64,000 nucleotides of DNA from Marinilabiliales bacterium (GTDB taxonomy: Bacteria; Bacteroidota; Bacteroidia; Bacteroidales; PUMT01): assembly GCA_007695015.1 (NCBI GenBank), contig REEN01000060.1, positions 294-64,293 on the forward strand, read 5' to 3'. The notes under the pieces are model-generated. The model was not told the DNA's origin. It did not search any database and saw only the letters and a list, made by a program, of their open reading frames with translations. The translations under genes were made by a program, and so were the position numbers. Shown here one piece after another: positions 17,610 to 27,432 of the stretch; within the stretch, counting starts at the first letter, position 1; every line of letters starts with the position of its first letter.

Positions 17610-17692
17610 TCAAAATGATCGGGTCATGTTATTCACCGGCAGCGTGAAAGTAGCCGAACGGGCCGGGTTGGCAGGAACTGCTGAAAGCATCT

Positions 17693-18256
17693 TTACAGGA
17701 GTTGTACCACCATCTCTGACGAAACGCTTATTTTAACTTCAAGATCCTCCTCAATGGCTTCTTTGTCGGCAACGCCATAGAGGCTGAAAGTCATTCCGCC
17801 ATCGTTAACTACATAATCGAGTATGTCATCGAGAATGATTTCAAAAGATATGCTGTTGGCGGATATCTCAGAAGACCTGGCAACAAGGGTCTGACTCACC
17901 GGGGGGTGCTCGTCTATCTTAAGCTCCAGGTGCGAGATGACATCTGCAAGGTTTCCTGCATCTGTATTTACCAGGGTGAAAGTCACACCGGTTATATTGC
18001 TTTCCCTGATCTTTTCGGGATTACCGCCCTTTTCGGTGATAAGGGAGCTTATACTTTCAGTATAGACCCATTCATGAAGAAGGGGATAGCTTTCACCGCT
18101 TTTTAAAGCCGGTTCTTCTGATGTTATGGAAAATTCAGAATCACTTTCAAAGGGCACCTTAATGGTTGGGGCAAACTCATCGCATGCAGTAAAGGACAAC
18201 GTCATTAACGCCATTATTGCTGCGGGAACGGTAATTTTAAGAATTTTTGTTTTCAA
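17693..18256 (-). CDS. Acidic putative lipoprotein, unknown function
   Basis: 187 aa. Signal peptide plus lipobox-like 'LMTLSFTAC'. The first codon of the ORF is TTG. Asp/Glu-rich mature part. Confidence 0.55.
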   Translation of the reverse strand: MKTKILKITVPAAIMALMTLSFTACDEFAPTIKVPFESDSEFSITSEEPALKSGESYPLLHEWVYTESISSLITEKGGNPEKIRESNITGVTFTLVNTDAGNLADVISHLELKIDEHPPVSQTLVARSSEISANSISFEIILDDILDYVVNDGGMTFSLYGVADKEAIEEDLEVKISVSSEMVVQLL

Positions 18257-18680
18257 AATAGTATGGTTTTTTGGTTAATAGATCAGTTAGTTGTCATTTG
18301 GAGGTGTCAGATCAGAACAAAATTATGGATTCAATATCCAACTTTGGAAAATTGATGATTATATATATTCATTTTCTTACTTGCCATAATCGTAACCTGC
18401 TGATTTCCTGTTGCCGGAGATGCAGGCATACCAACAGAAATATTGTGCAACGGCTGTTGGATGCAGGTTTTTTTATATCTTTAGCTTTATAATTTTAACA
18501 TTTTTTATACTACGTTAAACGTTTTGGACAAAGAATTGTTCTGTTTTTGTGATTTTTTTTCGGGATTTTAAACCGAAGTAATCAACCAGGAGAAACATCC
18601 TTGATAAGTTTCAGGCAAACACGAACATGATCACGAATATGGATATTCATTGTGACAACCAAAAGGCAAATCTTGAATAT

Positions 18681-20318
18681 ATGGGAAAATATTTTGTACT
18701 AGCTGTAGTTACCTCGCTGCTGTTTATAGTGAACGGGTGCTACCTGAATGATTTTGAAGATATCGAAGAGGTAAGGGTAGAGTCTTTTTCACCCTCATTC
18801 GGGTTCCCTGTTGTAAATTCCTCCGTGAGTCTGAAGGATCTCCTTGAGTCTGCTGATCCCGGCTCGGTCATAGTGGTCAGAAATGACAGCATTATCCTTC
18901 AGGTGAGTGAAAATTTTCAGTTTGAACTGGATCTGAATACTTTCAATGTGCCCGACAGGGAATTTGGCCTCTTAATCCCCATATCAGAGAGCTCTTCTGA
19001 GACTTACCTGGATGATTATGCCACCATTGGCAGCGATTCGGAGATTAAAAGGATTGATCTGAGCGGAGGCGAACTCTGGATTGAATTTGAAAGAAGCGGG
19101 ATTGACGATGTTGGCGCCGAGCTTATGTTTACCTCCCTGAGGACAACTGAACAACCTGGCGGGTTGGTTGCGGTAAGCGACTGGTCAGATGACCCCTACG
19201 TAAGCAGGCATGTTTATGATCTTTCTGGCTCAGTGCTTGATATGTTTGTGATTGACGGCACAGATACCGTATACAACTCCATAAGTTACGGGGTAAGTGT
19301 AAGCTCTGCCCCGGGTGTTTCAGGGGATGTCGCTGTTCGTTTCGGGTTTTCCTCCGTTGAATTTGAGAGGATGACAGGCTTGATATATCATGATATAGAG
19401 CTGCCTGCCCAGGAGATCAACCTGGGTGCACTGTCATCGGTAATAGAAGGGGAGATATTCCTGAAGAATCCTGCCCTGCAGTTTGATATCGGGACATCAT
19501 TCGGCACACCCTCTTCTGTTCTTATAGATGAGATCAGATTTGAGAATTATGACAATGAGATAAGGTACCTGGAAAACACCGGGACAGACCTGGAGGATGC
19601 ACTGCTTCTGGGTGAGAGTAATTATCTGCCCTTCGGTACGGAGGAATTGCCTTACGCATCGAGACTATTCAGGCTGGATGCCGAAAATTCAAATATAGAG
19701 CAGGTACTACCGTTCAGTCCCAATAAGATATCCTTCTCGGGGAATTTCAATATAGGTGATACTGACCAGACCTATGTTGACCCCCATGAGTTTTATGTCA
19801 GTGACACCAGTTCATTCAATATAGACATGGATGTTGAGATACCCCTGTCGGGCAGTATTGAGAACCTGCGTTTCAGCGAGGTTATTTCAGGCCTTACCTG
19901 GCCCGAGTTCGATTCAATTGATCTGGTCGATGATTACAAGGTTGCTCTCCTGCTTAAAACCGTAAACGGATTGCCACTGACATTCGCCCTGCAGGCCAGC
20001 TTTCTTGATGAGCATGATAATGTCCTGGCATCACTGTTTGATACTGACGAAGATGTGGAGAATATAATCGAGAGCCCTGACATTGACGGGAACGGGAACC
20101 CCGTTGCCGGGACCGAAAGGGAGAAACTTACTGTTGTTGAGCTTTCCAGGGATAAGTATGATGCGATTGCCTCATCCGACAAGACCGAGTTTGTGCTAAG
20201 GGTTGATACGGGTACCGAGAGCCAAAGGGAAGTGAACATCCTGGCATCACAAACGGTAACAATCCAGATATCGGTTGCACTGGACATTACAGTTAATCCT
20301 GATACCACCGGAAATTGA
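18681..20318 (+). CDS. Acidic putative lipoprotein, unknown function
   Basis: The ORF is open from 18627. Met at 18681 gives 'MGKYFVLAVVTSLLFIVNGC', a signal peptide with a lipobox Cys. Mature part is ~525 aa, very acidic and beta-rich in appearance. It ends 13 bp before the next gene. Confidence 0.6.
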   Translation: MGKYFVLAVVTSLLFIVNGCYLNDFEDIEEVRVESFSPSFGFPVVNSSVSLKDLLESADPGSVIVVRNDSIILQVSENFQFELDLNTFNVPDREFGLLIPISESSSETYLDDYATIGSDSEIKRIDLSGGELWIEFERSGIDDVGAELMFTSLRTTEQPGGLVAVSDWSDDPYVSRHVYDLSGSVLDMFVIDGTDTVYNSISYGVSVSSAPGVSGDVAVRFGFSSVEFERMTGLIYHDIELPAQEINLGALSSVIEGEIFLKNPALQFDIGTSFGTPSSVLIDEIRFENYDNEIRYLENTGTDLEDALLLGESNYLPFGTEELPYASRLFRLDAENSNIEQVLPFSPNKISFSGNFNIGDTDQTYVDPHEFYVSDTSSFNIDMDVEIPLSGSIENLRFSEVISGLTWPEFDSIDLVDDYKVALLLKTVNGLPLTFALQASFLDEHDNVLASLFDTDEDVENIIESPDIDGNGNPVAGTEREKLTVVELSRDKYDAIASSDKTEFVLRVDTGTESQREVNILASQTVTIQISVALDITVNPDTTGN

Positions 20319-20331
20319 TTAATCTAAACAG

Positions 20332-21714
20332 ATGATAAACAGAACCGTGAAAAGATCAATTGTTGTATTTTCGATAATGTGCCTGGGGCTGAATGCCGGA
20401 GCGCAATCAGAGCTTACCCTACCCTTTATGCACAACCTGTTCCAGTCCACCTACCTGAACCCCACGCTCAGGTCTGAACACTCCCTCAGCATAGGGTTGC
20501 CGGGAGTCTCTTCGGTGTACTTCCAGGTCATTCATAACGGGTTTGTACCCGGATCGTTTCTTGAAATAGACGGAAGGACGCTGATTATCTCCCCCGACAA
20601 ACTTGAGGATCAATTGCGTAACCGCAATATGCTGCATGCAAATGCAGGTGCTGAGCTGTTTCACCTCAAAATGCGCATAGATAACTGGAACTTCTGGTAC
20701 GCAGCAAGGATGAACGGAGAGATGAATTTCTTCTATCCGAAATCACTTTTCAGTCTTGCAATTGAGGGCAACACCCAGTATTCCGGCAAAGCCATGGACC
20801 TGTCACCTCTTGGGATTAACACATCACTTTACAGGGAACACACCTTCGGGGCCTCGACCGAACGGGATCAGTGGACATTCGGAGGGAGGGCCAGCCTTTT
20901 ATTCGGACTTACCAATATTTATCTCAATCCAAAGCAGTTTGAGGTCAGGTTTGACGATGACATGTATGCCCTTTCTGCAGTGAGTGATGTTACATTGCGG
21001 ACATCAGGGATCCCCGGCGACTCTCTCCAGAATGCAAATTTTGAGCAATTTAGCGATTCTGATAAAATTTTTGAATACTTTTTCCGGACACGGAATCCGG
21101 GATTTGCTCTGAGCGGGGGTGTTGCATATGATCTTGATTCACGGACAAGGTTTACATTCGCTTTCAGTAACCTGGGCTTTATCTCCTGGAGCGACAGTAC
21201 AAAAGTACTGGATCTGAAGGGCGGAGCTGATTTTGCGGGTTTTGACATATTGACTGAATTGCTTGCGGGTAATGAAATAGATGCCGATACCCTGGTGCAG
21301 CAGTTTGCCGGTAATTTTGAATCTTCGGAAACGGCCGATGTCAGGTACAGCACCTGGCTTGCCCCGAGATTCTACCTTGCCGCCGATTATCAGCTTGCTC
21401 CGCGTACGCAGGTTGGAGCCCATTTCTATTCGGTAATTAACAGGGGATTCTATCCAGCTGTATCAGTCGGCATTACCCAGGGTGTCGGCCGGGCTCTTAA
21501 CCTGGCGCTTTCTGTATCGGCCAACCAGAGAACGGTATCGAATGTCGGCTTTGGGATGATCATCAAGCCGGGGCCCTTCCAGATATATCTGCTGGCCGAC
21601 AATCTATATACACCAGTAGTGGATCCGTTCACTTTTACAAACCTTAATTTAAGGGTTGGGATGAACCTGGTATTCGGCAGGGTCACCCCCGTACAGGGAT
21701 TGCCATATCATTAA
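20332..21714 (+). CDS. Putative outer-membrane beta-barrel protein (weak PorP/SprF-like N-terminal motif)
   Basis: 460 aa. Signal peptide 'VVFSIMCLGLNAGAQ', then alternating hydrophobic beta-strand-like pattern throughout. The mature N-terminus 'LPFMHNLFQSTYLNPT' is loosely reminiscent of the PorP/SprF 'QFSQYMxNxxxxNPA' motif seen in the bona fide PorP at 46846-47790. Confidence 0.45.
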   Translation: MINRTVKRSIVVFSIMCLGLNAGAQSELTLPFMHNLFQSTYLNPTLRSEHSLSIGLPGVSSVYFQVIHNGFVPGSFLEIDGRTLIISPDKLEDQLRNRNMLHANAGAELFHLKMRIDNWNFWYAARMNGEMNFFYPKSLFSLAIEGNTQYSGKAMDLSPLGINTSLYREHTFGASTERDQWTFGGRASLLFGLTNIYLNPKQFEVRFDDDMYALSAVSDVTLRTSGIPGDSLQNANFEQFSDSDKIFEYFFRTRNPGFALSGGVAYDLDSRTRFTFAFSNLGFISWSDSTKVLDLKGGADFAGFDILTELLAGNEIDADTLVQQFAGNFESSETADVRYSTWLAPRFYLAADYQLAPRTQVGAHFYSVINRGFYPAVSVGITQGVGRALNLALSVSANQRTVSNVGFGMIIKPGPFQIYLLADNLYTPVVDPFTFTNLNLRVGMNLVFGRVTPVQGLPYH

Positions 21715-21746
21715 ATAGTTGACATATAATAAATTGTTCTGCCGGC

Positions 21747-23852
21747 ATGAGAAAATATGTAGCTTCAATCGGGTTAATATTATATATAACCATTTTATCC
21801 GGACCGCCTGCCGGAGGGCAGGCCCTGAATGTTCCTGAAAGCCTTGTCAATGTCACAGGTGTGGGTTTCAGCGATATTAATCCTGTGATATCTTTCGATG
21901 GAACCAGGCTCTATTTTAGTCGTATAAACCACCCGGAGAACAGGTTCGGGGAGAGGGACAGTCAGGATGTGTGGTATATCGAACTGCGCCAGGACGGATC
22001 GTGGTCGGAAGCCCGGCGATTGCCAGAAACGGTCAATATCGGCAGGTATAATGCCATACTTTCGGCGCTTGATGACGGAAAGTCATACCTGATACTCGGA
22101 CAGTTCAGCAGGAGTGGCACATTCCGCGTTAACAACGGGTACTCTGTGATCGAAAGGACAGACGATAATGGCTGGAGTGCTCCCAGGCCTTTAGATGTAA
22201 GAAATTTCAACAGGATGAGCAGGGGGAAAGTCAGTGCTGCATATATGACACCCGATCGTGAGGTACTTGTTCATTCATTTTCCAGGAGGTATAACAGCCG
22301 CCGGTCGTCACTCTATATTTCACTCCGCAATCCTGATAACAGCTATACAAAGCCTCGTGGGATCAGGCTGGAACGTTTCGAAGGAAAAAGGCTGATCAGC
22401 CCTGAGGCTCCCTTTTTGACTTCAGACAAATCAAAACTCTATTTTTCGGCCGGAATCGACAATGACCGGAACAACAGGAGTATCTATTTTGTTGAGAAGC
22501 TGGATGACACCTACATGAACTGGTCACCTCCCGTAAGGCTTAACGATACAATTAACAGTCCGTTCTGGAACTCCTACTATATAATGAATTCAGATGGTAG
22601 CCGGGCATGGTACAGTTCGACATCCGCCGAACCCGGGACAGCGAAAATATTCACCATAAAACTGTTTGAGGAATTTCCTTTTGTGCAGGTGACCGGAAGG
22701 CTTGTGAACAGCCGGACAGGAGCGCCAATGCCGGCATCAAGGAATCCGGATGTACTGGTAAACGGGGAGATTTCCGATTCGGTTCATTATAATTTCCGTA
22801 ACGGGACTTTCCGCGCAAGGCTGCCGCTAGGTGAAAATTATATCTTTTCAGGTAGAGCTGATAATTTCACATCTGAATCTGTCACTGTTGATGTAAGGGG
22901 TGAACAGTCATTTGTGGAGAGGAATATTGAGCTTCGGATGACTTCGGCGCCCTGGGTTGAACTGAGCGGACAGGTTCTTGATAACAGGTCGATGACCCCG
23001 ATTGATGTGGAGGCTAAACCTGTTTTCATGATTAATGGTGAAAAGGCTGACACGGTATATATAGATCCGGTAAATGGTTCCTATTCAGTCAGGCTGCCTT
23101 TCGGTAGAAATTATATTCTGGGAGTGTCTGCAAATAACTACCGGACAATTGATGCAAGGATTGACCTTACATCACAAGAGGAACATGCCGTTATCAAACA
23201 GGATGTGCTGGCGGAGCGGATTGGTGCAGATATGGTAACACTGGCCGGTAATGTTGTCAATACCAAAACAGGAAGGTATCTCGAACCGGGTTATGATGTC
23301 AGGATGCTGGTCAACGGGCGCGAGTCACCTGCATTTAAATACGATCATGAAAATGCAGGCTATGAACTCAGCTTGCCAGCGGGGTTCAATTATGATCTGA
23401 TCCCCCAATTGGTTAACTTTTATAACCGCCTGGAGGCTGTTGATCTTACTGCTGCAGAACCGATGACAGTCATAAAACGGAATTTTTATGTTACCCCCCT
23501 GGAGGTTGGCCAGTCCATCGAGATTGAAAATATCTATTTTGAGACAGGAAGCTCTGTGCTTATGCCTGAATCATTCCGGTCGCTCAATGCTCTGATCGAA
23601 TTTCTGAAGGAGTACCCTAACGTTACAGTGGAGATTGGAGGGCATACCGACAATGTAGGCTCAGCTGAATTGAACCTGGCGCTGTCAGAGGGCCGGGCTT
23701 TCGCTGTGGCCGAATATGTTATTTCACAAGGGATAGATGCCAGAAGGGTTGTTTCAAAAGGTTATGGCTTCTCCAGGCCAGTTGCCAGTAACCAGACTGC
23801 TGAGGGAAGGGAAAGGAACAGGAGAGTGGATTTTACTATACTGGACCTGTAA
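21747..23852 (+). CDS. OmpA-family peptidoglycan-binding protein with TolB/PD40-like repeats and three CarboxypepD_reg-like repeats (PorE-like architecture)
   Basis: 701 aa with a signal peptide. PD40-like 'INPVISFDGTRLYFSR' and 'APFLTSDKSKLYFSA'. Three ~85-aa repeats begin VQVTGRLVNSRTG / VELSGQVLDNRSM / VTLAGNVVNTKTG, each with 'LP.G.NY'. C-terminal OmpA_C region 'IYFETGSSVLMPESFRSLNALIEFLKEYPNVTVEIGGHTDNVGSAELNLALSEGRAFAV...NRRVDFTIL'. Confidence 0.85.
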   Translation: MRKYVASIGLILYITILSGPPAGGQALNVPESLVNVTGVGFSDINPVISFDGTRLYFSRINHPENRFGERDSQDVWYIELRQDGSWSEARRLPETVNIGRYNAILSALDDGKSYLILGQFSRSGTFRVNNGYSVIERTDDNGWSAPRPLDVRNFNRMSRGKVSAAYMTPDREVLVHSFSRRYNSRRSSLYISLRNPDNSYTKPRGIRLERFEGKRLISPEAPFLTSDKSKLYFSAGIDNDRNNRSIYFVEKLDDTYMNWSPPVRLNDTINSPFWNSYYIMNSDGSRAWYSSTSAEPGTAKIFTIKLFEEFPFVQVTGRLVNSRTGAPMPASRNPDVLVNGEISDSVHYNFRNGTFRARLPLGENYIFSGRADNFTSESVTVDVRGEQSFVERNIELRMTSAPWVELSGQVLDNRSMTPIDVEAKPVFMINGEKADTVYIDPVNGSYSVRLPFGRNYILGVSANNYRTIDARIDLTSQEEHAVIKQDVLAERIGADMVTLAGNVVNTKTGRYLEPGYDVRMLVNGRESPAFKYDHENAGYELSLPAGFNYDLIPQLVNFYNRLEAVDLTAAEPMTVIKRNFYVTPLEVGQSIEIENIYFETGSSVLMPESFRSLNALIEFLKEYPNVTVEIGGHTDNVGSAELNLALSEGRAFAVAEYVISQGIDARRVVSKGYGFSRPVASNQTAEGRERNRRVDFTILDL

Positions 23853-23981
23853 CGCGGGTTAATCCGTCAGGTATACTTTTAAAGCATGATGCTCTTAACA
23901 AGGGGCCGCGGTTCAGTATTTCACAGTGTCCGGGTAACTTCATCGCTCCTGCTGTTGCTTACACTCCTGTAAAATTATTAT

Positions 23982-23989
23982 TACCTTTG
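23982..23989 (+). promoter_or_regulatory. Candidate -7 promoter box (TAnnTTTG)
   Basis: Exact 'tacctttg' match about 20 nt upstream of the start at 24008/24011. Confidence 0.45.
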
Positions 23990-24010
23990 TAGGCTTTAAC
24001 GTGTATTTTG

Positions 24011-24274
24011 ATGGGACTGATCCGGTTTGTAATTATTTTTTTCCTGGTGTGGTTTATATCAAGCCTCCTCAGCAGGTATGTGTTTCCCTGGATTGTGAGG
24101 TTCTTTGCGACCAGAATGTCCAACAGGATAAGGAGGGATTATGAGAAACAGATGAGGGAAAAAAGAAGAAAGGAAAGGGAGGGAGAGGTCACAATCAGGT
24201 ACCGGCCCGGCAAGGATAAGATTATAACCCGTGACGACGGCGAATATGTCGATTATGAAGAATTAGACGACTGA
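24011..24274 (+). CDS. Small membrane protein (DUF4834-like by recollection)
   Basis: 87 aa from the ATG at 24011. One N-terminal TM helix, a basic KR-rich middle, and an acidic tail 'GEYVDYEELDD'. Lies 3 bp upstream of the YfhO-like gene. Confidence 0.55.
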   Translation: MGLIRFVIIFFLVWFISSLLSRYVFPWIVRFFATRMSNRIRRDYEKQMREKRRKEREGEVTIRYRPGKDKIITRDDGEYVDYEELDD

Positions 24275-24277
24275 TAT

Positions 24278-26869
24278 ATGCAACTAGCACAGATCCTAAA
24301 CATCCCTTTCAGGCAATTCACGCCGCACATTACAGCATTTATTGTATTTCTGGCCGTTACGCTTGCCTTTTTCTATCCGATCCTTGAAGGAAAGGAGCTT
24401 ATGCAGCCCGATATTACCCAGTTCAGGGGTATGGCACGGGAGATAGTCGAATTCAGGGAGGAGACCGGTGAGGAGGCATTATGGACAAACGCCATGTTCA
24501 GCGGTATGCCGGCCTACCTGATCTCGGTGAGATACCCTTATAATCTTGTAAGGTATGTTGACAGGCTTCTGACTCTCGGACTACCCGTGCCTGCAAAATA
24601 TCTGTTTATCAGCATGCTGGGATTTTATTTGCTGATGCTTGCATTCAGGGTGAATCCCTGGCTCTCAATAGCCGGGGCGATTGCATTTGGCTTTTCAACC
24701 TACTTCTTTATAATAGAGGTGGCGGGTCACAACACCAAGGCTCATGCTATGAGCTATATGGCCCCCATCCTGGCGGGCATTGTCCTGGCATTCAGGGGGA
24801 AGGTGATGCTGGGAGCCGTGCTGCTGGGCCTTTTCCTGGCCCTTCAGATCTTTACCAATCACCTGCAGATAACATACTATACCTTTCTTATTGTCTTAAT
24901 CTACGGGATATTTGAGTTTGTCCATGCTGTGAGAAAGAGACTGCTGCCTGATTTTTTCAGGACGCTTCTGATCCTGATTATTCCTGTATTGCTTGCGGTT
25001 GCATCCAACTTTACCAATATGTACCTTGTATGGGAATACGGGCAGTATTCCATGCGGGGGCCTTCTGAGCTGACAACCAGGCAGGAGGTCAGGACCGGGG
25101 GACTGGACAGGGATTATATTTTGAATGACTACAGCTATGGCATTGCTGAGACAATGAACCTGCTTATTCCTAACTTTAAGGGAGGGGCATCTTCATACGA
25201 TCTTGGAACAGGATCAGAGCTTTACCGGGTACTGAATGAACACGGGGTGGCCGGTGCACGCGATATTGTTGCAGGGGCACCCGTTTACTGGGGGGAACAG
25301 CGTTATACGGCGGGACCTGTCTATATAGGTGCCGTGGTGATCTTCTTTTTTGTTTTGGGTCTTATAGTGGTGAAAGGTAAGTATAAATGGTGGCTTCTGG
25401 TTGCAACGGGATTGTCATTGGCACTTGCATGGGGATACAATTTTGCCTGGCTGTCGGATCTGTTCATATACTATTTCCCCGGATATAACAGGTTCAGGAC
25501 CGTGTCGATGATACTTGTGATTGCAGAGATCACCATACCGATGCTTGCCATACTGGGCCTGAAAGAGGTTATTGAGGGCAACAGGGGGCCCTCGGTTATG
25601 GATGCGCTCAGGAAAGCATTTTATATTACCGGAGGGGTAACTCTGCTATTCCTGGTTGCTCCCCGATTGCTGCTCAGCTTTTCAGGTGATATAGACAATC
25701 AGCTTGCGGCAGCAGGTTGGCCGGACATTATGATTGATGCATTGCAGGCTGACAGGGTGAGGCTTCTGAGAATGGATGCCCTGAGATCGCTGGTCTTCAT
25801 CTCCCTGGGTGCAGGATTGGTCTACATCTTTCTGAAGAGATGGATATCAGCCAAATACCTTGCTTTGGCAGCCGCACTGGTAATACTGGTTGATCTCTGG
25901 GGAGTGGGCAGGCGTTTCCTGAGCAGTGATGAATTTGTTACCCAGCGCCATATCCAGCAACCTTTCCTGAAGACGGAAGCTGATGCGGTGATACTGCGGG
26001 ATGATGATCTGCACTACCGTGTATTCAATACCACCCGCAGTCCGTTTAACGATGCTGTAACTTCTTTTCATCACAATTCAATAGGTGGTTATCATGGTGC
26101 GAAGATGGGACGCTACCAGGACCTTATCGATTACCACCTGGGCCGGAACAACATGGCGGTACTGAACATGCTCAACACAAAATATTTGATACGCCCCGGG
26201 GAGAACGGACGGCCCCAGCCGTTCAGGAATCCCGGAGCACTTGGTAATGCATGGTTTGTCGATACGGTAAGGGTAGTGGAAAATGCTGATCAGGAGATCG
26301 AGGCACTTTATGATTTTGACCCTTTAAGGGAGGCGATAGTTGACCGTCGCTTCGAAGAGCATGTACATTTTATAGCTTCGGCTGCCCGGGGCACGGTCGG
26401 CGACCGGGCCGAAGAGGCAGGGGTTGAGCCTGTGACAGGTGATGATGTGGATGAGCATATGGCTACAGAGGCTGAACCGGATGATGCCGGCGACTATATT
26501 CAACTTACTTCCTACAGTCCTAATCACCTTGTATACTCCGCCAGGACCGGATCAACCAGGTTGGCGGTATTCTCCGAGGTTTATTATGATGCAGGATGGG
26601 AGGCCTATATCGACGGAACACCTGCCGAACATTTCAGGGTGAACTACATACTTAGGGCAATGGCCGTTCCCGGGGGTGAGCATGAGATAGAGTTCAGGTT
26701 CAGGCCCAGGGGGTACTTTGTCGGTGAGTGGATATCCCTGGCAGGATCGTTTCTGCTTATTATCCTTACATTGGGTGTGCTCTGGAAAGAGGTGCGAAGG
26801 CTGAGAGAACTCTTTATTTCTGATCCCGGAGAGGATAAAGATAAAACCGGATTTCAGGGAAAAAAATAA
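24278..26869 (+). CDS. YfhO-family polytopic membrane protein (putative glycosyl-transfer/flippase-type)
   Basis: 863 aa. About 13 hydrophobic helices in the first 560 aa, a soluble C-terminal domain and a final TM helix. This architecture and the N-terminus 'FYPILEGKELMQPDITQFRGMAREI' are typical of Bacteroidota YfhO proteins. Confidence 0.65.
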   Translation: MQLAQILNIPFRQFTPHITAFIVFLAVTLAFFYPILEGKELMQPDITQFRGMAREIVEFREETGEEALWTNAMFSGMPAYLISVRYPYNLVRYVDRLLTLGLPVPAKYLFISMLGFYLLMLAFRVNPWLSIAGAIAFGFSTYFFIIEVAGHNTKAHAMSYMAPILAGIVLAFRGKVMLGAVLLGLFLALQIFTNHLQITYYTFLIVLIYGIFEFVHAVRKRLLPDFFRTLLILIIPVLLAVASNFTNMYLVWEYGQYSMRGPSELTTRQEVRTGGLDRDYILNDYSYGIAETMNLLIPNFKGGASSYDLGTGSELYRVLNEHGVAGARDIVAGAPVYWGEQRYTAGPVYIGAVVIFFFVLGLIVVKGKYKWWLLVATGLSLALAWGYNFAWLSDLFIYYFPGYNRFRTVSMILVIAEITIPMLAILGLKEVIEGNRGPSVMDALRKAFYITGGVTLLFLVAPRLLLSFSGDIDNQLAAAGWPDIMIDALQADRVRLLRMDALRSLVFISLGAGLVYIFLKRWISAKYLALAAALVILVDLWGVGRRFLSSDEFVTQRHIQQPFLKTEADAVILRDDDLHYRVFNTTRSPFNDAVTSFHHNSIGGYHGAKMGRYQDLIDYHLGRNNMAVLNMLNTKYLIRPGENGRPQPFRNPGALGNAWFVDTVRVVENADQEIEALYDFDPLREAIVDRRFEEHVHFIASAARGTVGDRAEEAGVEPVTGDDVDEHMATEAEPDDAGDYIQLTSYSPNHLVYSARTGSTRLAVFSEVYYDAGWEAYIDGTPAEHFRVNYILRAMAVPGGEHEIEFRFRPRGYFVGEWISLAGSFLLIILTLGVLWKEVRRLRELFISDPGEDKDKTGFQGKK

Positions 26870-26883
26870 CCTGCTTTATACAG

Positions 26884-27348
26884 ATGAGACCCAAAACAGA
26901 TCTAAGGAACAAGGACATCGAAGAAATTATCGGCAAATGTGATGTCTGTTATCTGGCGATGGCTGATGACAGAGGTGTGCCCTATGTGCTGCCGTTCAAC
27001 TTCGGCTACCATGATGGTGAGCTCTATCTTCATGCCGGCCCCGGGGGAAAGAAGTTTGATGTTCTCAAAAAGAATAACCGTGTATGTGCTGCCTTCAGCA
27101 CTGACCATGAACTTCGTGGGCGCCATGAGAATGTTGCTTGCAGCTACTTCATGAAATACCGTTCGGTCCTGCTGCATGGCCGCATAAACATGATAGAGGA
27201 TTATGATGAGAAGGTCAGGGCCCTGAATATAATCATGAAGAAGTACACCGGACGGGATGATTATAAATACAATGCCCCTGCCGTGAACAATGTGCAGACA
27301 TTCAAGCTGGTGGTTGACAATGCCGAAGGGCGCTCGTTCGGGTACTGA
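26884..27348 (+). CDS. Pyridoxamine 5'-phosphate oxidase family (flavin-binding split-barrel, NimA-like) protein
   Basis: 154 aa. Motifs 'CYLAMADDRGVPYVLPFNFGYHDGELYLHAGPGGKKFDVL' and 'SVLLHGRINMIED'. Confidence 0.8.
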   Translation: MRPKTDLRNKDIEEIIGKCDVCYLAMADDRGVPYVLPFNFGYHDGELYLHAGPGGKKFDVLKKNNRVCAAFSTDHELRGRHENVACSYFMKYRSVLLHGRINMIEDYDEKVRALNIIMKKYTGRDDYKYNAPAVNNVQTFKLVVDNAEGRSFGY

Positions 27349-27432
27349 CAGACTGGGCTGCCCGGTATGGTTGCCGGATGTTCGTGCCAACTTCCGGTGA
27401 GATCCGGAACAGTCCGTTGACCGGTGCGATTT

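Noticed and set aside
18271-18492. 73-aa ORF plus the hairpin ccaacag...ctgttgg followed by a T-run in the 370-bp gap upstream of the lipoprotein gene
   Set aside because: The ORF is Cys/Arg/Asn-rich with no signal or motif. The hairpin has a 15-nt loop and no upstream gene on that strand to terminate. Evidence is insufficient for a gene or sRNA.
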